Assembly (NCBI GenBank): GCA_964187785.1
Contig: OZ076414.1
Coordinates: 4,154,001 to 4,218,000 of the forward strand
From: Amphiscolops sp. MND2022
Lineage: Eukaryota
Reading direction: 5' to 3'
Length of the DNA: 64,000 nt
The notes beneath the pieces were generated by a model. It saw only the letters and a list, made by a program, of their open reading frames with translations. It was not told the DNA's origin and did no database searches. The position numbers and the translations under genes are program-made. Below, in pieces: positions 25,051 through 39,349 of the stretch; position 1 is the first letter of the stretch; each line of letters starts with the position of its first letter.

Positions 25051-25498
25051 TCTCATAGAATTTCCTGTACAGTTATTGGAAGAGCTGGGCCTCTGGGGAT
25101 TGACGTCAAGATCGACTCGACTTTGGAAGAAGATAATTATTAAGAGTTTTTCTTTCTTTTAAGCGTGTGTGTGCGTTCAACGGTGTTTTTCTAGCACTAA
25201 AAAGACTGCAAAAAGCTTCCGTAGTAAAGAGTCGCTGACTAAAAAGCGTGAAAACTGACTCATAAGAGTACCCAAGGGTACATACCGTCAGATCTCAACC
25301 GAAAACCTTTACAAAGGTCGTAGCTCAATTCCCCATTTATTATCGTTAACTACACCTACCCACGATTCCCGTGGCCAAGTATTAACCATTTTTGACGTTT
25401 CAGTGCGACACACGAGGCACTGAACAGTTCCGAAAACAATTTCGCTGGAAAAAAAAAACGTCTAAAATCGCCCGTGTGTACCATCCTAACTGCTAATA

Positions 25499-28400
25499 GT
25501 GACCGTTTCCAAGCCTCACATTTTAGTAAAAACAACCTGTGTAAATTTCGTTGCAGCGCTACAACAACTACATAAAATTTTGAACTTCTCGAAACGTGCT
25601 TCTAGGTCAAATTTGTCCAAAGTAGTAAAAAATGTGGGTTGCTGTTGTCAACAACTGAGTCATTGGGACGCAGGGGAGTTCGTTTCGTCCTCTCAAGGGG
25701 GAGGGGAAGGCATCCCGGAACCCATCTTAGTTGCGGAAGCGAAATGGCAAATTGAAAGTGATATCAGCACAACATCAGATGTAAGGGACCTCAGACATAA
25801 GGGAGGAAGACTGGCCTGCTGAAGACAGTTTCAAAGTTGCTTCCGACTTTTCTTTGTCTGATCACGTGTCAGAAGAGTAGCAACCAAAGGAGATGGGAAG
25901 AGCAACGGCAGAAACGTCGGATGACTTCGATAGTAAAGCACACACCGAAAAGTGCTTGAAGGAATTACCCAGAAACTTCACACTGATGTCAGGGATCAAG
26001 GAGGAAACGAAAAGATGACCTAATTCCAACAAAACGCAGAGTGAGAGAGGGAATGGATGTTTCAAAACGCAGAAAACGACAGGAGCCCCGAATGCAATCA
26101 TCATGTTGAGTGTTGACACAGCAGAGGTAACGAAACAAATGTCATTTGCAGGAGGGATGGAGTACGCTGGTCATCGGTTGCAAGTAGCCACGGCTTCCAG
26201 ACCCTCAGGCAAAGGCAGACAGATTAGGCGCCCTGCAGTACTGACGCAAACCGCAACCACAGGACTACATGGAGCGTCAAGATCCACGTCACCAGAGCCC
26301 AAGGCTTCCCGGGGTACAACCGGCAGATCCTCGGAATTCAGAGCAGTTCATGAAACAGAGTTAGCTCGCAAGGCTCTATTAGAGACGCAAACTGATGCCA
26401 GGCGAGCCATGGCAAGGCCAGCAGAGAGCAAAGCGGAGTGTTGCCGCGAACACCACACAATCACGACTGAGCTAGAAGACGTTGAAGAAGTAATGCGCAA
26501 AACCACTGGATAGAACATGCAGAATCAGGAAGCTCAAGTTGCAAAAATGGATGCGTTGGGTTGCAGAACAGGCGAGATAAGGGAGCTTCTAGCCCAACGT
26601 GAGCTACGAATGGAGACGCAGATGCGCGACATGTATGCCCAGATCCAAACGATGAACGACACCCGGCACCAGACAAAACCAACAGCCGGGCATGCTGGAG
26701 GCATGAATTCTATGATCTCTTTATGAAAAATAAAGGTGACATAGGTAAGTGTAAGATAGCAAAAAATCCCGTGGAAGTGGACCCCTTGGCAATTCCTCAA
26801 AACGAAGGTGCACGACGAATGTCTCCCGAGGAAGTCGAACGAGCCAACAAAGAATTCAGCAACCTACTGGCATTGGGCACCATAAAACTTTCCCTTTCAC
26901 CATGGGCAAGTGGTATCGTGATGGTCAAATAGAAGAACGGCGAATTTCGTTTCTGCTGCGTTTTTCATCCACTTAATGAATTGACCATCAAAGATGCCTA
27001 CCCACTACCGCGCATTGATGAAAACCTCTCTCGCCAGGAAAAGGCCAAGATCTTCACCAGCAATTATTTGGCATGGAAATTCTGGCAGATTCCAGTACGA
27101 AAGGCTGATCATCACAAAACAGCTTTTGCGTGTGAACTGGAAATATTTGAATGACGCCGCATGCCCTTTGGGATGTGTAATGCATCAGCTACGTTCCAAC
27201 GATTGTGAAGGCAGCTCACATGGAAGGCATGCGCGAAGTTTTCGAATGCCTGTGAGAGGCTGGTTCCAAAATGAGGGTCTCCAAGTGCGATTTATTGAAT
27301 TCTGAGACCAAGTACCTGGAAAGAGGATCGGCAATAAAACCGAGATGCAAAGTTTTTGAGATCTGCCAATCAATACCGTGACTTTATTTCCTGGCATGCA
27401 AAGTTGGTTGCCCCTCTACATGCAATCACTGGCGTCAACGCGACACGTTCGTGGGGGAGGAACAAAAACAAGCCTTTAACAACAACAAGGTCGCACTGAT
27501 AGAAGCCACAGCCCTGGCCCAACATGAGTCGGACGGAAAATTTGTGCTCGATACGGATGCGAGTGGGGTAGCGGTTTCGGGTATCCTTCACCAATGGCAG
27601 AGTCCTCCGGAGAGTCGGAAACATTGTATTTGGAAAAAAATGACGACTACCCAGGCGAAGTATGGTGTTCCGAAACTAGAAATGTATGCCGCGTATCACT
27701 TCACCCAAAAGTACGACAGTTACGTTTGCCCTTGTAAGTTCACACTAAGAGTAGACTATCTTGGCTCAAGAGTATGCAACGTACGAACCAATCATTAGAC
27801 GCTGGATCATAGCATTGGTAAACTATCACTTCAAGATTGAACATCGTCCGCGGACCCAGCATCGCAATGCAGATGGACTGAGCAAAGGTACAAACGACTA
27901 CAAAAAGCGCGAGGCACTGCTTGGTCTACAACCCGCCGTAGAAGACAAATGGAATTTCCTATCACAAGAAGAGATCGATCAATTCCCTACTGCCCCATGG
28001 TTTGTTATGGATGGTAAAATAATACCAAATCACTCTCATTTGACTCAATATACAACAAATCTCACGAACGAAACAGCCAAAAACACCCTCCGAAGAGCCA
28101 AGCGCATCAAGCCCAACCAGAAAGCGGAAAAGGGCGAGAGAGCTCCACGGGCGCTTCTACCGCCTCTGCCCGAACCCACACTGAACAAACATGGCGATTA
28201 CTACCCTGATTACCCAGAAGACTAGATCAACATAACAGAGGAATGCCGTAACGACTACCTGCTTCCCTCCCATGTAGCAAGCGTTCCCTCTGGAACGTCC
28301 TACGCCCTCACTGGTGAAGGAAAGTCAGCGCCCCATACAGTACCGAAGAATGTCCAACAGATCACCTGTGGTATAATCACAAAATCCATGGAAGTCCATG

Positions 28401-29470
28401 AAAACACCAACACTGTTCATGGTATAAAGACCTGGTGTTAGCCCAAAACCGAGAAGTACACGTTCTGGCTATCAAAATATTAATGGCCAAAAGATCTATT
28501 GATAATGAGATGTTTCCTGAAAACGTACGCGTTTTGGCGAAAGACTATTACAAGCAAAAGGAATAGCTAATATTGATAAAATCCAATGGTGTGTAAAAGA
28601 TCCAGCTAGTCAACGAAGACTACATGAACGACCATGCATGATCGTAATGCCGTAACTGCACAAGCATGGAATACTGTTCAAGACGCACGATGCAATTGGT
28701 CACCAAGGGATCGCATACGTTCTGTCCCGAATACAAGAACGTCACACGTGGCCAGGCTTTCGTAGTAGTGTAGGAACATACGTCACCCAATGCATGACGT
28801 GTCAGCAAAATAGCAACAAGCCAGGAGATGTTCCATTTCATTTAAAGAACATACAAAATGAATATTTCAAAGAAATAGTAGAATACGATCATCTGAAATA
28901 TTGCCTATCCGACAACAAGAACACTGGTATCCTGGTATTAATCCATCACTTCTCAAAATTCGCTGAAGCTGTATCATGTCGAGTACGAAGCAGCATCTAA
29001 CTCCAGGCTACTTTTACAGAAATGGTTCGCAATACCAGACATGGAATACCCACAGGGATGCAATCTGACAATTTGCCTAACCTAACACCCGAAGTCGCTA
29101 ATGAATTGACGAAGGCGTCACAAGTTACCAAAGTGACATCCACGGCTGGACATCCGCGAACACGGGGTTTGGTAGAAAGGCAGAATACAAATCTGCTGAC
29201 ACTGTTGCGAGTCCTCTATTCCCGACGGATGCGTGACAGGGATCACTATCTTGATGAAGTAATGGGCGCATACAACGCAACACATCACGCTATCACTGAC
29301 TTCTCACCTTACATGTTAACGAGAGGCACTGAGAAAACAATAACCCTCACGTACTTGTATCCTGAAATCGCTACTCGTTTCTCCGAGTTCAACGAAGCTA
29401 ATGTGGAATACATCCTTGCCAAACAGCAAGATACGCATCAAACTCAACAACGCCAGAAAATCAAGTAGGA
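25499..29470 (+). pseudogene. pol: Gypsy-B gag/RT/RNase H/integrase remnants
   Basis: SPWASGIVMVK, KDAYPLPRIDE, VLDTDASGVAVSGILHQ, HRNADGLS, HHFSKFAEAV, GLVERQN. Heavily deleted and frameshifted. Confidence 0.85.
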
Positions 29471-31984
29471 CCGCGTAATCCGTGCTGATGCCTACAAAAC
29501 TGGCGATCCAGTTTGGGTCTTTTACAGATACGTCCCACAAAAGGTTCGCCCAAATTGATGAGAGCATGGAGAGGCCCACACAAAACAGCACATGCTACAA
29601 GACAGGCGAGTTTACGTTAGATAGAAGACAAAATTTCCACTTCGAGCGGTTGAAACCACAAAATGACGGGCCAATGGAACTGGCCGCGATGCCGACTTAT
29701 AGCGGTGATACAGCAGTCACAAGGGATCAAGAACCCGAACGCTCAAAGGAAAAGGTTCTCGACGATCAACTGCAACCGTCGTATAGGGAAGAAAAATTTT
29801 TGTCCAACGCATCAGAAGTGTCGTTGCCTTGAGGCAGACATCACTGGGTGGACATCCGACCGTGCGCCCGAATACGTGAAGGCAGCACTCGCCCACGCTA
29901 CTAACAGTACGCGACCTCGACAGACAACGAAAACGAACCTTCTGATGTGCTACTAGCGAGTGCCCTGGATGAGGCGGAGGCTCGAGAACCATTAGAACCA
30001 ACACTACCACAAGTATTGACTGAACCTCTGACGAACCCTGTTCCACTTGAGGGGATTCCAAATTCCCCTCACTCCCGAACAATGCCATTTTCTCAGAACA
30101 CGAATCAATACCTGAAGCGAAACCTGCAAAGATGCCCAGAGAGCCATCTCTATCTGAAACCACAGCATCTCTATTGACCAAGCCATCTCTGACCGACATG
30201 CTCAGCAACTTTCCGATATGGCGGAACGTTGATAATGCGGCTCCAACGGAAGGAAGCAGGAACACTTTTCAATTATCCCAACAAAGTGCCTATGGGCACA
30301 GGAATATACGTAGGGGCAGAATCTGTCAGGACACTCTACACTCACGACATTATTCAATAAGAACATTACTCCTTCTAGAGCACGTCGTCAAAGGCCAACA
30401 CGAGAGCGTCCGCGAGGAGGCCCTCCTTGTCATCCAGAACCTACCAATCGACCAGGCAATTGAGAATGCCCGCATTGAATCAGCCAGCTCGGATACTGAA
30501 GCAACCGCACCCAATGCCCAAATATCCACAGATCCTGAACCTCCATCTACTGCACCTACTGTCAACGAAGAGCTCCTCGACATCGATGTGGAACTTGTGG
30601 ACTACGCGATTGTGTGTGTGTGTATTATGAAAATCAGCTCCAAGAATCAGACTGAACCTCGGGGAGTCAACCTCTCACAACGTACTACTCAATGCCTAGT
30701 CAGACAATTGGTAATCCGCGCAGAAAAGACATACATACGCTGGTCTCGAACGACGAACCAAATATCCCCTAGAGCACTTTGTAATGGAAATGTCTATGTT
30801 TGACGTCGCCAAGCTCCGTGTCTTCGTTTCAAGGAATGGACTCATTACCAAGAGGTCATTGAATTTACCTTCGCTGTGACGGTATCACCCTTACCTCCTA
30901 ACGTGGTTTTTGGTCCATTCAACTTTGAACGTGAACCTATTCAAATGGCCTGTTGTATCACAGCCAATTTGCTACATGTCAAATATGGCATCGCCGTTGA
31001 ACATGGTAATGTTTTTCGTCACTTCAAATTGGCGTCTAATGGTCACTGCTGCACGCTCCAGCGACTTAGTGACCCCGGGCGCTCTGTGTAGCTGACTCGG
31101 AGGTTTGCGCACAGTAATGTCAACGGATCTCATATTGTGTTTTCACATTGACGACCTGTATCGTGGAAAAGTTGAAATTCTATGGTGGATAGAACTGGTG
31201 ATCACGATCTTTACCTCTATTCCTATATTACGATTTCTCGACGAGTGGATTCAACCCTTTGACGACCCGATCTTGGTTCAGTCAACGCTTGACGCCCTCG
31301 ATGTGTGGTCCGCGCTATCATAGATAATCGCTCCATCCCTCGCTCCATATCATAGACAATCGCTCCAATTCGAGCGCACCAGAATTTTGGGAGTTTGACC
31401 ACTGATGAAATCACGTACCAAGGGTCTCTCCGTCCCACAGGGTTTCGCTTATCACTTATGACCAAACAGACTTTTTGCAAGCCACACAGTACTATAATGC
31501 CCTGCGTCACTCGAGTCTGACTCTATGTAAGGTCCTATCTTTACCCGCAGCAACATTCAACGGATATGTGTAAGTGATACACTTTCTTATCACTCGTTCC
31601 ACGCCCTGATGTCCAATGACTTCGGACGTTCTATTAACATGTCCTGAACGTCTTAAGCTTACGTTAGAAGTTAGTCAAGCACCCGAAGTTCAGTTTCCGA
31701 TTATTGATCCGGGACACTAACTTCGTGGTTTGCCCGCTTTTTACTTTTGTCTAAAGCATATTGTTGCCGAGTCAACGTTATCGATTTTTTTGCACGACCG
31801 ACCGTACGTTTCTATCGACAGTTTATCTTTTTTTCTTAAGACGCTTGTTTTCTTGAGATTTCTGTCACTTTTGTTATGCTGTTACTTTTACTTTGTTCGT
31901 TCACCTTCTTGCTTAAAACTTAACACTACTTCGTTGCCTTTGGAAAATACCTTCGCCCTTTTTCAGAGAAATTTGTTTTATCTG

Positions 31985-34900
31985 ATGGCCAATAACTCGC
32001 CCCGGAATAATTCCCCAGCAATGGGTCAACGCTAAACTGCACAAGTGCAGCGCGTTACCCCAGTCGATGCAGTTATTGCCAACCTAAATGATGGAGTATC
32101 TTCTGATGCTGTCACCGGTCTAGCTGCCGTTCTGGCCCAGATGGAATCACAACTTTACATCCCAATGGTAACACTAACTATTACCTCATCACTGTCGGGA
32201 TTCCAACGATCAATGGCCTTCCAAAACAGCGTGTGGTCTGGTCACCACCTGACTCATCATTTCTTTGACGAACGTGGACCACACCAGAATTGAATGGAGC
32301 AAGGTCAAGGGGTACCGCTACGTGATAATGCCCCGCCTATTCTTTTGCCGTCACAACCAATGCCAATACCTACTGAAGTAGCCTCTCGACAAGTCCAGCA
32401 TCAACCACAGCGTGGGCCTCACCGTGCCTCCACTGCCTGACTTCTCTAATGCTACGCCAACCGAACGGCACTCCAAGCTAACGTTAACAATGTCAATTAC
32501 GCCGATTACATGCAAGTTATGATGCAGCGTTGGCGCACATTGACTAATCTACTTCTCCATGAAGCTCAAGCATCACCAAACGACCAAGCTCAGACTTCTA
32601 CTCAACAGCACCCTGAACAGCCAGTTTTCTTCTGGACTTCAACTTCAAACAGGCGGCCCAGTACTTCAGCTTGTCCGCAACCAACTGCCCAGCCTCATAT
32701 GTCGCCCTACCAGTATTCAGCTTCTTAGCCCACTTCTACTGCATCTCAACAGCATTTACATATCTTTGCCTCCCCAAACAATCCTTCCCTCTTCTTCTTC
32801 TAGCATGGGGAGGAGACCCACTAAACCCTAAAAGAGACTCCACAGGATTCTAGATCTTCTTCCATATAGCGAGCGATCATTCGCCATCGACAAGCTCTCA
32901 GACGTCGCAGACATCCAACAACGCGCTGAAAACGAGAAATAGTCCATCGAGTGAACCACCTCCTGACAAGAAGCAGCAGTCAATATCAGGAGCAACGACT
33001 GAAGCCCGGTGTCGAGACTCAACAAATTAAAATCAGTGGTGTCGGAAGCATCCGTGCTTCCGCCGCCACCACCTCCACCACCGAATCCCATAGGGAACAC
33101 GGGGAGGCCGGAAAAGCAACGGTCGAAGAAACAATAAAAAAATCCGACCGATCACATCAAAATAGTCAACAGTGGAACCCCTGGAACACCTTTAAGGAAA
33201 CAAGCCTCCGGGTGCGCAAATCGAAACTCCCATGAGAAAGTAGTTCATACTCTCCCATGGTCGCACCACGCACACAAAACAGTCGCCTCAACTTCCCTGT
33301 CTACGGACACGAAAGGATCGCTCGTTACGAAGGATGCAACGTGAATCTGGGAAACTGCAGAGCAAGTGTCCGAAAAGTGGTTCCTAGAAAAACAGACTTG
33401 CCGACCAGTTGACGAAACTCAAGCGGAAATCAAGGAAATGACGTTGTCAGTGTTCATGAGTTGACTACAAAGGCCAGCTGGTCTCCCAAATGCAGGAACC
33501 CCAAATGCAGGAACCAGCTTGGTTGGCAAGAGCGATGAACCTGTGGCCTAGCGTAGAGAATAACTATATTGACTCACTGTCACTGGATCCAAGGGATAGT
33601 TCACCGCAAGATACCAGTTGGAAGAAGGAGAGAACTTTTCCATCAACAAGAGTTATGTACGTGAGCTTGAAGGGCGCTGCCAATGCCAAAGGAAAAACTA
33701 CAGCGTACGCGCTATGCCAGCCATCCTCATCAACTCTACCTTTGTAAAAAGTATGCCACTTGACAATGTCCTTACTGAAGTAATAGTAATGACTCTGCTG
33801 CTATCTACGATGCAAGAGACGGCTGAGGTGCTCGTTGCCATGTTTGATCCTGAAATTAGAAGAACATACAAGAAACCGCTGCCGAAAAGAGTAGTGATTT
33901 GCAACGTGTTTGATCACCTGACTTGCGAAGGTTTTTTGTTGAAAACGTCGGCCATTGAACAAGAAGAACCAACCCCCGCTGCCCGAGCGCAACTAATGGA
34001 GTCAAAAAGGAAAATGACCATGCCATAGAAAAAAACCAACAGATCCTTCAAGAAAAACTGAAAACCGCGGTGCTCTTCGTAATTCAACCCGGATTCAAGT
34101 TCCGGCCGTCCGTATTGAGACATTTCATTTACCTCATGAAATCTGGCAGTACAGAGGTGTGTATTTTGCCATTTGCGCGCCAAATATGCGCATCGATACC
34201 ACAGACCTTCGACTCACATGGCTACCCCAAAGGCTCCACGAACCATCACCCGAAGAATGCGATGCAGTCCATATGCATAACTGGATTGACCGTCCGCGCT
34301 CCAATGGTGAAAAGACCTCAGTAAAGTAGGACTCGGCAAAGACGATGGCAAAGATGGAGAAAGGCTCTAACGTCCGGGAGGTAGAATGAGTCATTCCGGG
34401 ATTGAGGTTCGCTCAGGATACTGGCTTGTCAAAGTTGTCTTCAGGCCTGAAGTAAATCCTGGCTAAGCTGGCTAATGAGATGCACGGAGACATTTTGGCA
34501 CGAAACATTACCGAGGATAGTTGGTATCAAAAACTGAGAAGCAGGACCATCCAAGATGTAGCTCAAGAGTTTGAAGTCACTGTTGATCATTTTGCCCTGT
34601 GTCTTGGACATGGATGGAGTCCTCATGTAATCCGAGTGAGTAGAGTTTGGCCTAGAATGAAACGAAATTCTGAAAATCAGCAAGATAATCGCACGAAAGA
34701 CCATGAACAGGGTATTAGCCCTGCTGCTTGTCTTTGGATAGCAAAGATTTGTCGCCGGATCCAGGATGTTACTACGAGAGATCACAATCGAAAGCAACTT
34801 CGAAGGGTTCTTTTCATGCCTTATCCTGCCGCAAGAAGATATGCACGGCCAATGGCTTTTGCAGGACTTCTGCAGAAGATAGATGCCCAAGGGAAGGTGT

Positions 34901-35770
34901 GATGCAGTCAATTTGGCACTGGATCTACAGTACTCTGGTCTTCGCCCCGGACAATTTGTAGGGATAGACAGAACACAGCCATCATATGATACAAGACAGG
35001 TGACAAGCGAGGTAATCGGGTTACCAACCCCAAACCAAATGGCAGATCTGATGTTGGAGGAAGTAAGCGATATGGTTGAAGTGTTGGCACCAGTGCTAAC
35101 GCCCATCTACGGAGCGATTGGAGTGCTACGATATCCAACCATGCCACGCGTAAGCCAACCAAGATACTTACGTTTGTAAGAATAGACGACCCAAAACTTA
35201 CGAAGACATGATCAGACAAGGACATCTGTTTCTGGTCCCAGGTGTATACACCACCAACAAGTCAGAAGCCCAACAGGAAGAAATCTTAGTGGAAGGAAAC
35301 AATTGTTTAAAAGAAGAGCAGACACGTCGTGACCACTGGGAAGAGAGCATTGACCGGTGAACTGGTACGGAGCCCCTCTTGATAAGAACGGAACACCTAT
35401 CAGATATGCCTGGAAATGGCCCACGTTGCGAAAAAACGCTACCGAGAGCGTCCACGCTCTCGGCGGCGTCCTCTATCGTGAATCCCAGTATGAGATGACA
35501 AAAATGCCGACCCGCTACTGGTACGCAAAGTGCTAAGCCCATGAGTTTTACAGAAAGCAAGCACCTCCATTGACAGACCAGACTGACACTGTCACGCCAA
35601 CCTTTAATGAAAATTGAGAGGAGCCAAAGCCTCCAACTGAAGATGATCAAGCCACAACTAGTCAGGAACGGAGAGCGTCGCTGTCCTCACTCAGTGAGGG
35701 ACTCATGCTGAGCAACAAAAACGTTCGTCACAACTCAGCTGCACTTGAAAATGCTTTCGAACAAGTATAA
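31985..35770 (+). pseudogene. Gypsy-B accessory ORF3 (Pro/Gln-rich N-terminus, SGNH-like domain, conserved C-terminal block)
   Basis: ATG at 31985 follows a non-coding gap. Its fragments align with Gypsy-C ORF3 (ILINSTF vs LFIDSTM; LAPVLTPIYGAIGVLRYPT vs IAPIIWPIFGVAMALRYPT). Confidence 0.65.
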
Positions 35771-36468
35771 CACTACAGAACCCGTTGTGGCCAAAGCCGT
35801 AGGGCTTCGTCCTCCCAATGGTATTACTTTGAATCATCCTGATAGTGCAAGTTCTATCTGGCAATAATTATGATTCAATTTAGGCAATTTTAGTTTACGT
35901 CCTTTTACGTTCATTGGTGCTAAGCATCAAATTTTCTCATGGTGCTCTTAGGAAATTTTTGTTTTAGTGTTATCACTGCAATGGACTCCAATGAAAAACC
36001 ATCGAGTTAAAATACCAGGTGCCAAGAAAAATCAACACGAACAACTTTTTTTCCTAGATCGCAAAACCAAACTGAGATCCAGCCTTGTGAGAAAAAAGTC
36101 GTTTTTTGAATTTATAAAATTGACAGTTCTTATTTTGTGATTAACCTTCAATGGAAGCAGTGCGAAGATCCCGAGCTTCGGACAAAAAATTTGAGGTTGT
36201 CCTGTGTTTGCCATGGCTATAAAAAGTTTTACCCAAGAAACGGTCAAAAAAACTAATGTAGATTACGAAAATGACCGAAAAGAAATTTTAGACTCAACTA
36301 ATTATCCAGCTCACGAGTAAGAACAATGCAGTAAATCATTAACGACATTAAGAGTTTTCTTATTGGATTTCTTGATGACTTCAACGGCAACTTTCCGATG
36401 CAGATGACATCCAACACCCTCATTCCTCGCTAGCTTGACGGGGACGCCAAGCATGAAACCAGCGAGTA

Positions 36469-37203
36469 TGTAACAATCACCCCCTATGGACTAAAACTGG
36501 TATGAAAACTTTGTTCAAAGTTGGGACTATATTGAAGTTTGCATCTTTACGCAAATTGCGACCGTGTTTTTATTTGAAGACCCGCACAGCAAGTTGAATA
36601 GGCACAAGAAGAGAGACCCACCGAAAAAAATGTGAAACAAAGGAGAAGCCAGAATCACGGCCCACTGAAAATGACTTTTGCTAATTTTAGTTGACTCTTA
36701 CACCATTGTGAGCAATTCATTGCAGTATGCTGTAATTACATAAAACTGCAAAAAAGGAGCCTTGCTGCTTAAATAGGCCCACGGTGCTTGTGTCCCCCTA
36801 CAAAGTGTCGTTTGCAAGTCAATTTATGTTGTAATATTCGTTGTTTGTCTTGTCTTAATTTATTGCTCGTAGGCTACTGTTATGCAATCTGTACTTTGGG
36901 GAAATTCATTTTTCTTTTGGCACCACCTTCTTGTTTGAGTTTAAAGGCTACCATTACGGTATTTCCGAAGAAAAAGCGTAAATCACGTTACCAGTAGCAA
37001 TTACAGACTGGATCAGGCCTGTGAGTATTCTTTACGAGGCGGGACCGCCTTCTGGCGGGACAGTATTTACCCCGGGAGGCAAATTGGGCTCATGGTCATG
37101 AATGCCGCCCATGGTACGGGCGCATGTCCCGGGTACATACCCTTTCCATGAGTTCCTCCACCTTCACTGGCGGAGGCACAAGTGGCGGAACGTTTTCGTT
37201 ACA
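36469..37203 (+). repeat. Gypsy-B 3' LTR (735 bp)
   Basis: TGTAAC...GTTACA inverted termini. The upstream sequence resembles the pre-LTR region of Gypsy-C. Confidence 0.75.
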
Positions 37204-38540
37204 TGACTTCGAGGAAGTTAAACAAAATTGTTGTACGTTTGAGCCCCAATTTGAATGAGACATCTACATGTAGGTGTGAAAATGGGTAAATCGTGACATC
37301 TCACACCTCATATAATGTTTTGAAAAAAATTGCGCTCAATTTCTTCTCAAATTTTCTTCTAAATTTTTAGAGGTTGTTCCACAGATATCAACTACCATAA
37401 GATTAAAATCGTAGACTAAGTATATGTTGAGGTATTCAATCTTTTTTGGATCAATTGCTTATCAAAATTGCCTCGCTATCGCACCGAAAAGACACCGGAA
37501 ATCCATAATTGTGAGACATTTCAACTTTGACCCATCTTTTGCTTTTTTTGTATCGTTTTTAACGTTCTCGGAAGCTACAAAATCCACATAGATACACGGC
37601 GAAACAATACACTATCCAACGCGTTCAATTCCGATGTTAATGGTACAAAAATGCATCAAAATGCACACAAAATGCCAGTAATTTTTGATATTTAAACAAT
37701 TTTTGCAAACGCTTTGGTATGTTTGGGTGATTTTAACAAAAGACCGAATTCCAAAACAGCATAATACAAAATTTGGAGACACAGTCGTGGTTTATCATCA
37801 ATTATCATCAGGAAGGTCTTGAAGCCACAATACCCGAAGAACAAGAAAAAGATCAACTTTTTGTTAATTTTTGTCGATTTTTTCAGTTTTTGTTCATTTT
37901 GAGGACGTTTTGATGAATTTGACATTACACACAGTCCAAACACGAAAGAATTAGCTTCTTATCAATCACATTTTTGTATCCTGAAGTGTATAATGTGAAA
38001 ACTTAGACGTGTCCGAAAAACTGCAAAAAGTGCCAAAATTGTCAAAAAATGAATTTTTTAGTCTTTTTGTGTGTAATACTGCTCTTTCTGTAATACTTGC
38101 ATCGAATTTCACAAACTTCAACACTGAAACTTTCATCTGCTTTAGCATAATATTACGGAGATTCAATCATCCATGGTTTTCAATCAATGAATCGAATGAA
38201 AGGAACCAACTTTTTTCAACTTTCGTACTTCGACTATCTTGTGCAATTTCTGTCTAAATGTTTCCTAAGTGTGGAAAACAAAGTGTTTGAGTACTTGGCA
38301 CAAGTTTTGAAAAGGAAATGGTTTTCCTTTAACAAAGATGAAAAAGAAACGAAGAGAACGTTTTTTGCAGCTTTTGAACAAATTTACGATGTTTCCGTAA
38401 AGAAGATTCGTTGTTTGAAAGAAAACAAAGGGTTACTTAGGCTACTAAGCACATTTTGTAAAAAAGATTCTTCAAAAACTGTGCGAAATGGTCAAAAGTT
38501 TGCTAAAAGAGGGCTTCTTAAACAAAAAATGTTCTGGAAA

Positions 38541-38667
38541 AAACTTGAAAAATTACTTTTTTTTCCAAATTGCATGTGGTTCTTTTAAAGATTTCATTAG
38601 GTCAACCTAATGAAAATCTTGAAAAGAACCACATGCAATTTGGAAAAAAGTACTTTTTTTCAAGTTT
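38541..38667. repeat. 127-bp near-perfect inverted repeat (hairpin)
   Basis: Arms of ~60 bp (AAACTTGAAAAA...CCAAATTGCATGTGGTTCTTTT...CATTAGG / CCTAATG...AAAAGAACCACATGCAATTTGG...TTTTTCAAGTTT) around a 2-4 nt centre at ~38603. Confidence 0.9.
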
Positions 38668-39349
38668 GTTCTAAAACTGATAACAGAGATATACTTGATG
38701 TGCCAATATTTTTGATACTGAATTGAAAAGAAAATGATTCAATATTTGCTCTATTAGAACCGCACTCTTTGCTCGCTAAGAGAAAACAAGCCGGGAACTG
38801 CTCAAGTCGGCATCATATCTGAGGCTCAGAAATATTCAAGGAACAACTATTGGAAACATTAAGAAAAAAATTAGAATTTAGAATTTGGTAAAAAAGTGGC
38901 AAATTGCCGAAAAACCAAAAAAGAGACACTTAAGGCTCATTAAACGTTTTTTACAAACCGAAAACTTCAGGGGTATTTTGACAGAATTAAAAAAAAATCG
39001 GAAAAGTATCGCATTGTGCCGAAAAAAACAAAAGGGGGAACCCTTTGGTCTCCTCTATACCTTTGAAAGCAAAAAGCAATGCTTCTCAGACACTAGAAAA
39101 TAGTCGGTCAAGAATTTGATCAAATGAACAAAACAGTGGACCGATCGCGTTGAACTGACGAAAAAAAACTAGCCACTGTCAGGGTCGTGCATTTTCTTCG
39201 AAAACGCCGCCCTATTTGAGATTGCTTGAACTTTTTACATGCTGCATTTTTACAAAACGTGGAAAATTCAGGGACTATGCATGGGAACATTTTGTAGGAT
39301 TACTCTGCAGCTTCGACTATTTGTGTCAAAACTAAAAACCTTTCCACTC

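Larger units (their letters stand above)
16620..37203 (+). mobile_element. Old Ty3/Gypsy element 'Gypsy-B' (~12.9 kb without the nested BEL/Pao) with accessory ORF3
   Basis: The 3' LTR 36469-37203 (TGTAAC...GTTACA) aligns with 16620-16823 plus 24494-25012. PBS at 25031, gag/RT/RH/IN remnants, and long ORF3 remnant. LTRs are visibly diverged (roughly 75-80% by eye). No TSD is recognisable. Confidence 0.7.

Noticed and set aside
31985-35770. env gene
   Set aside because: No signal peptide, furin site or C-terminal transmembrane segment seen here or in Gypsy-C ORF3.
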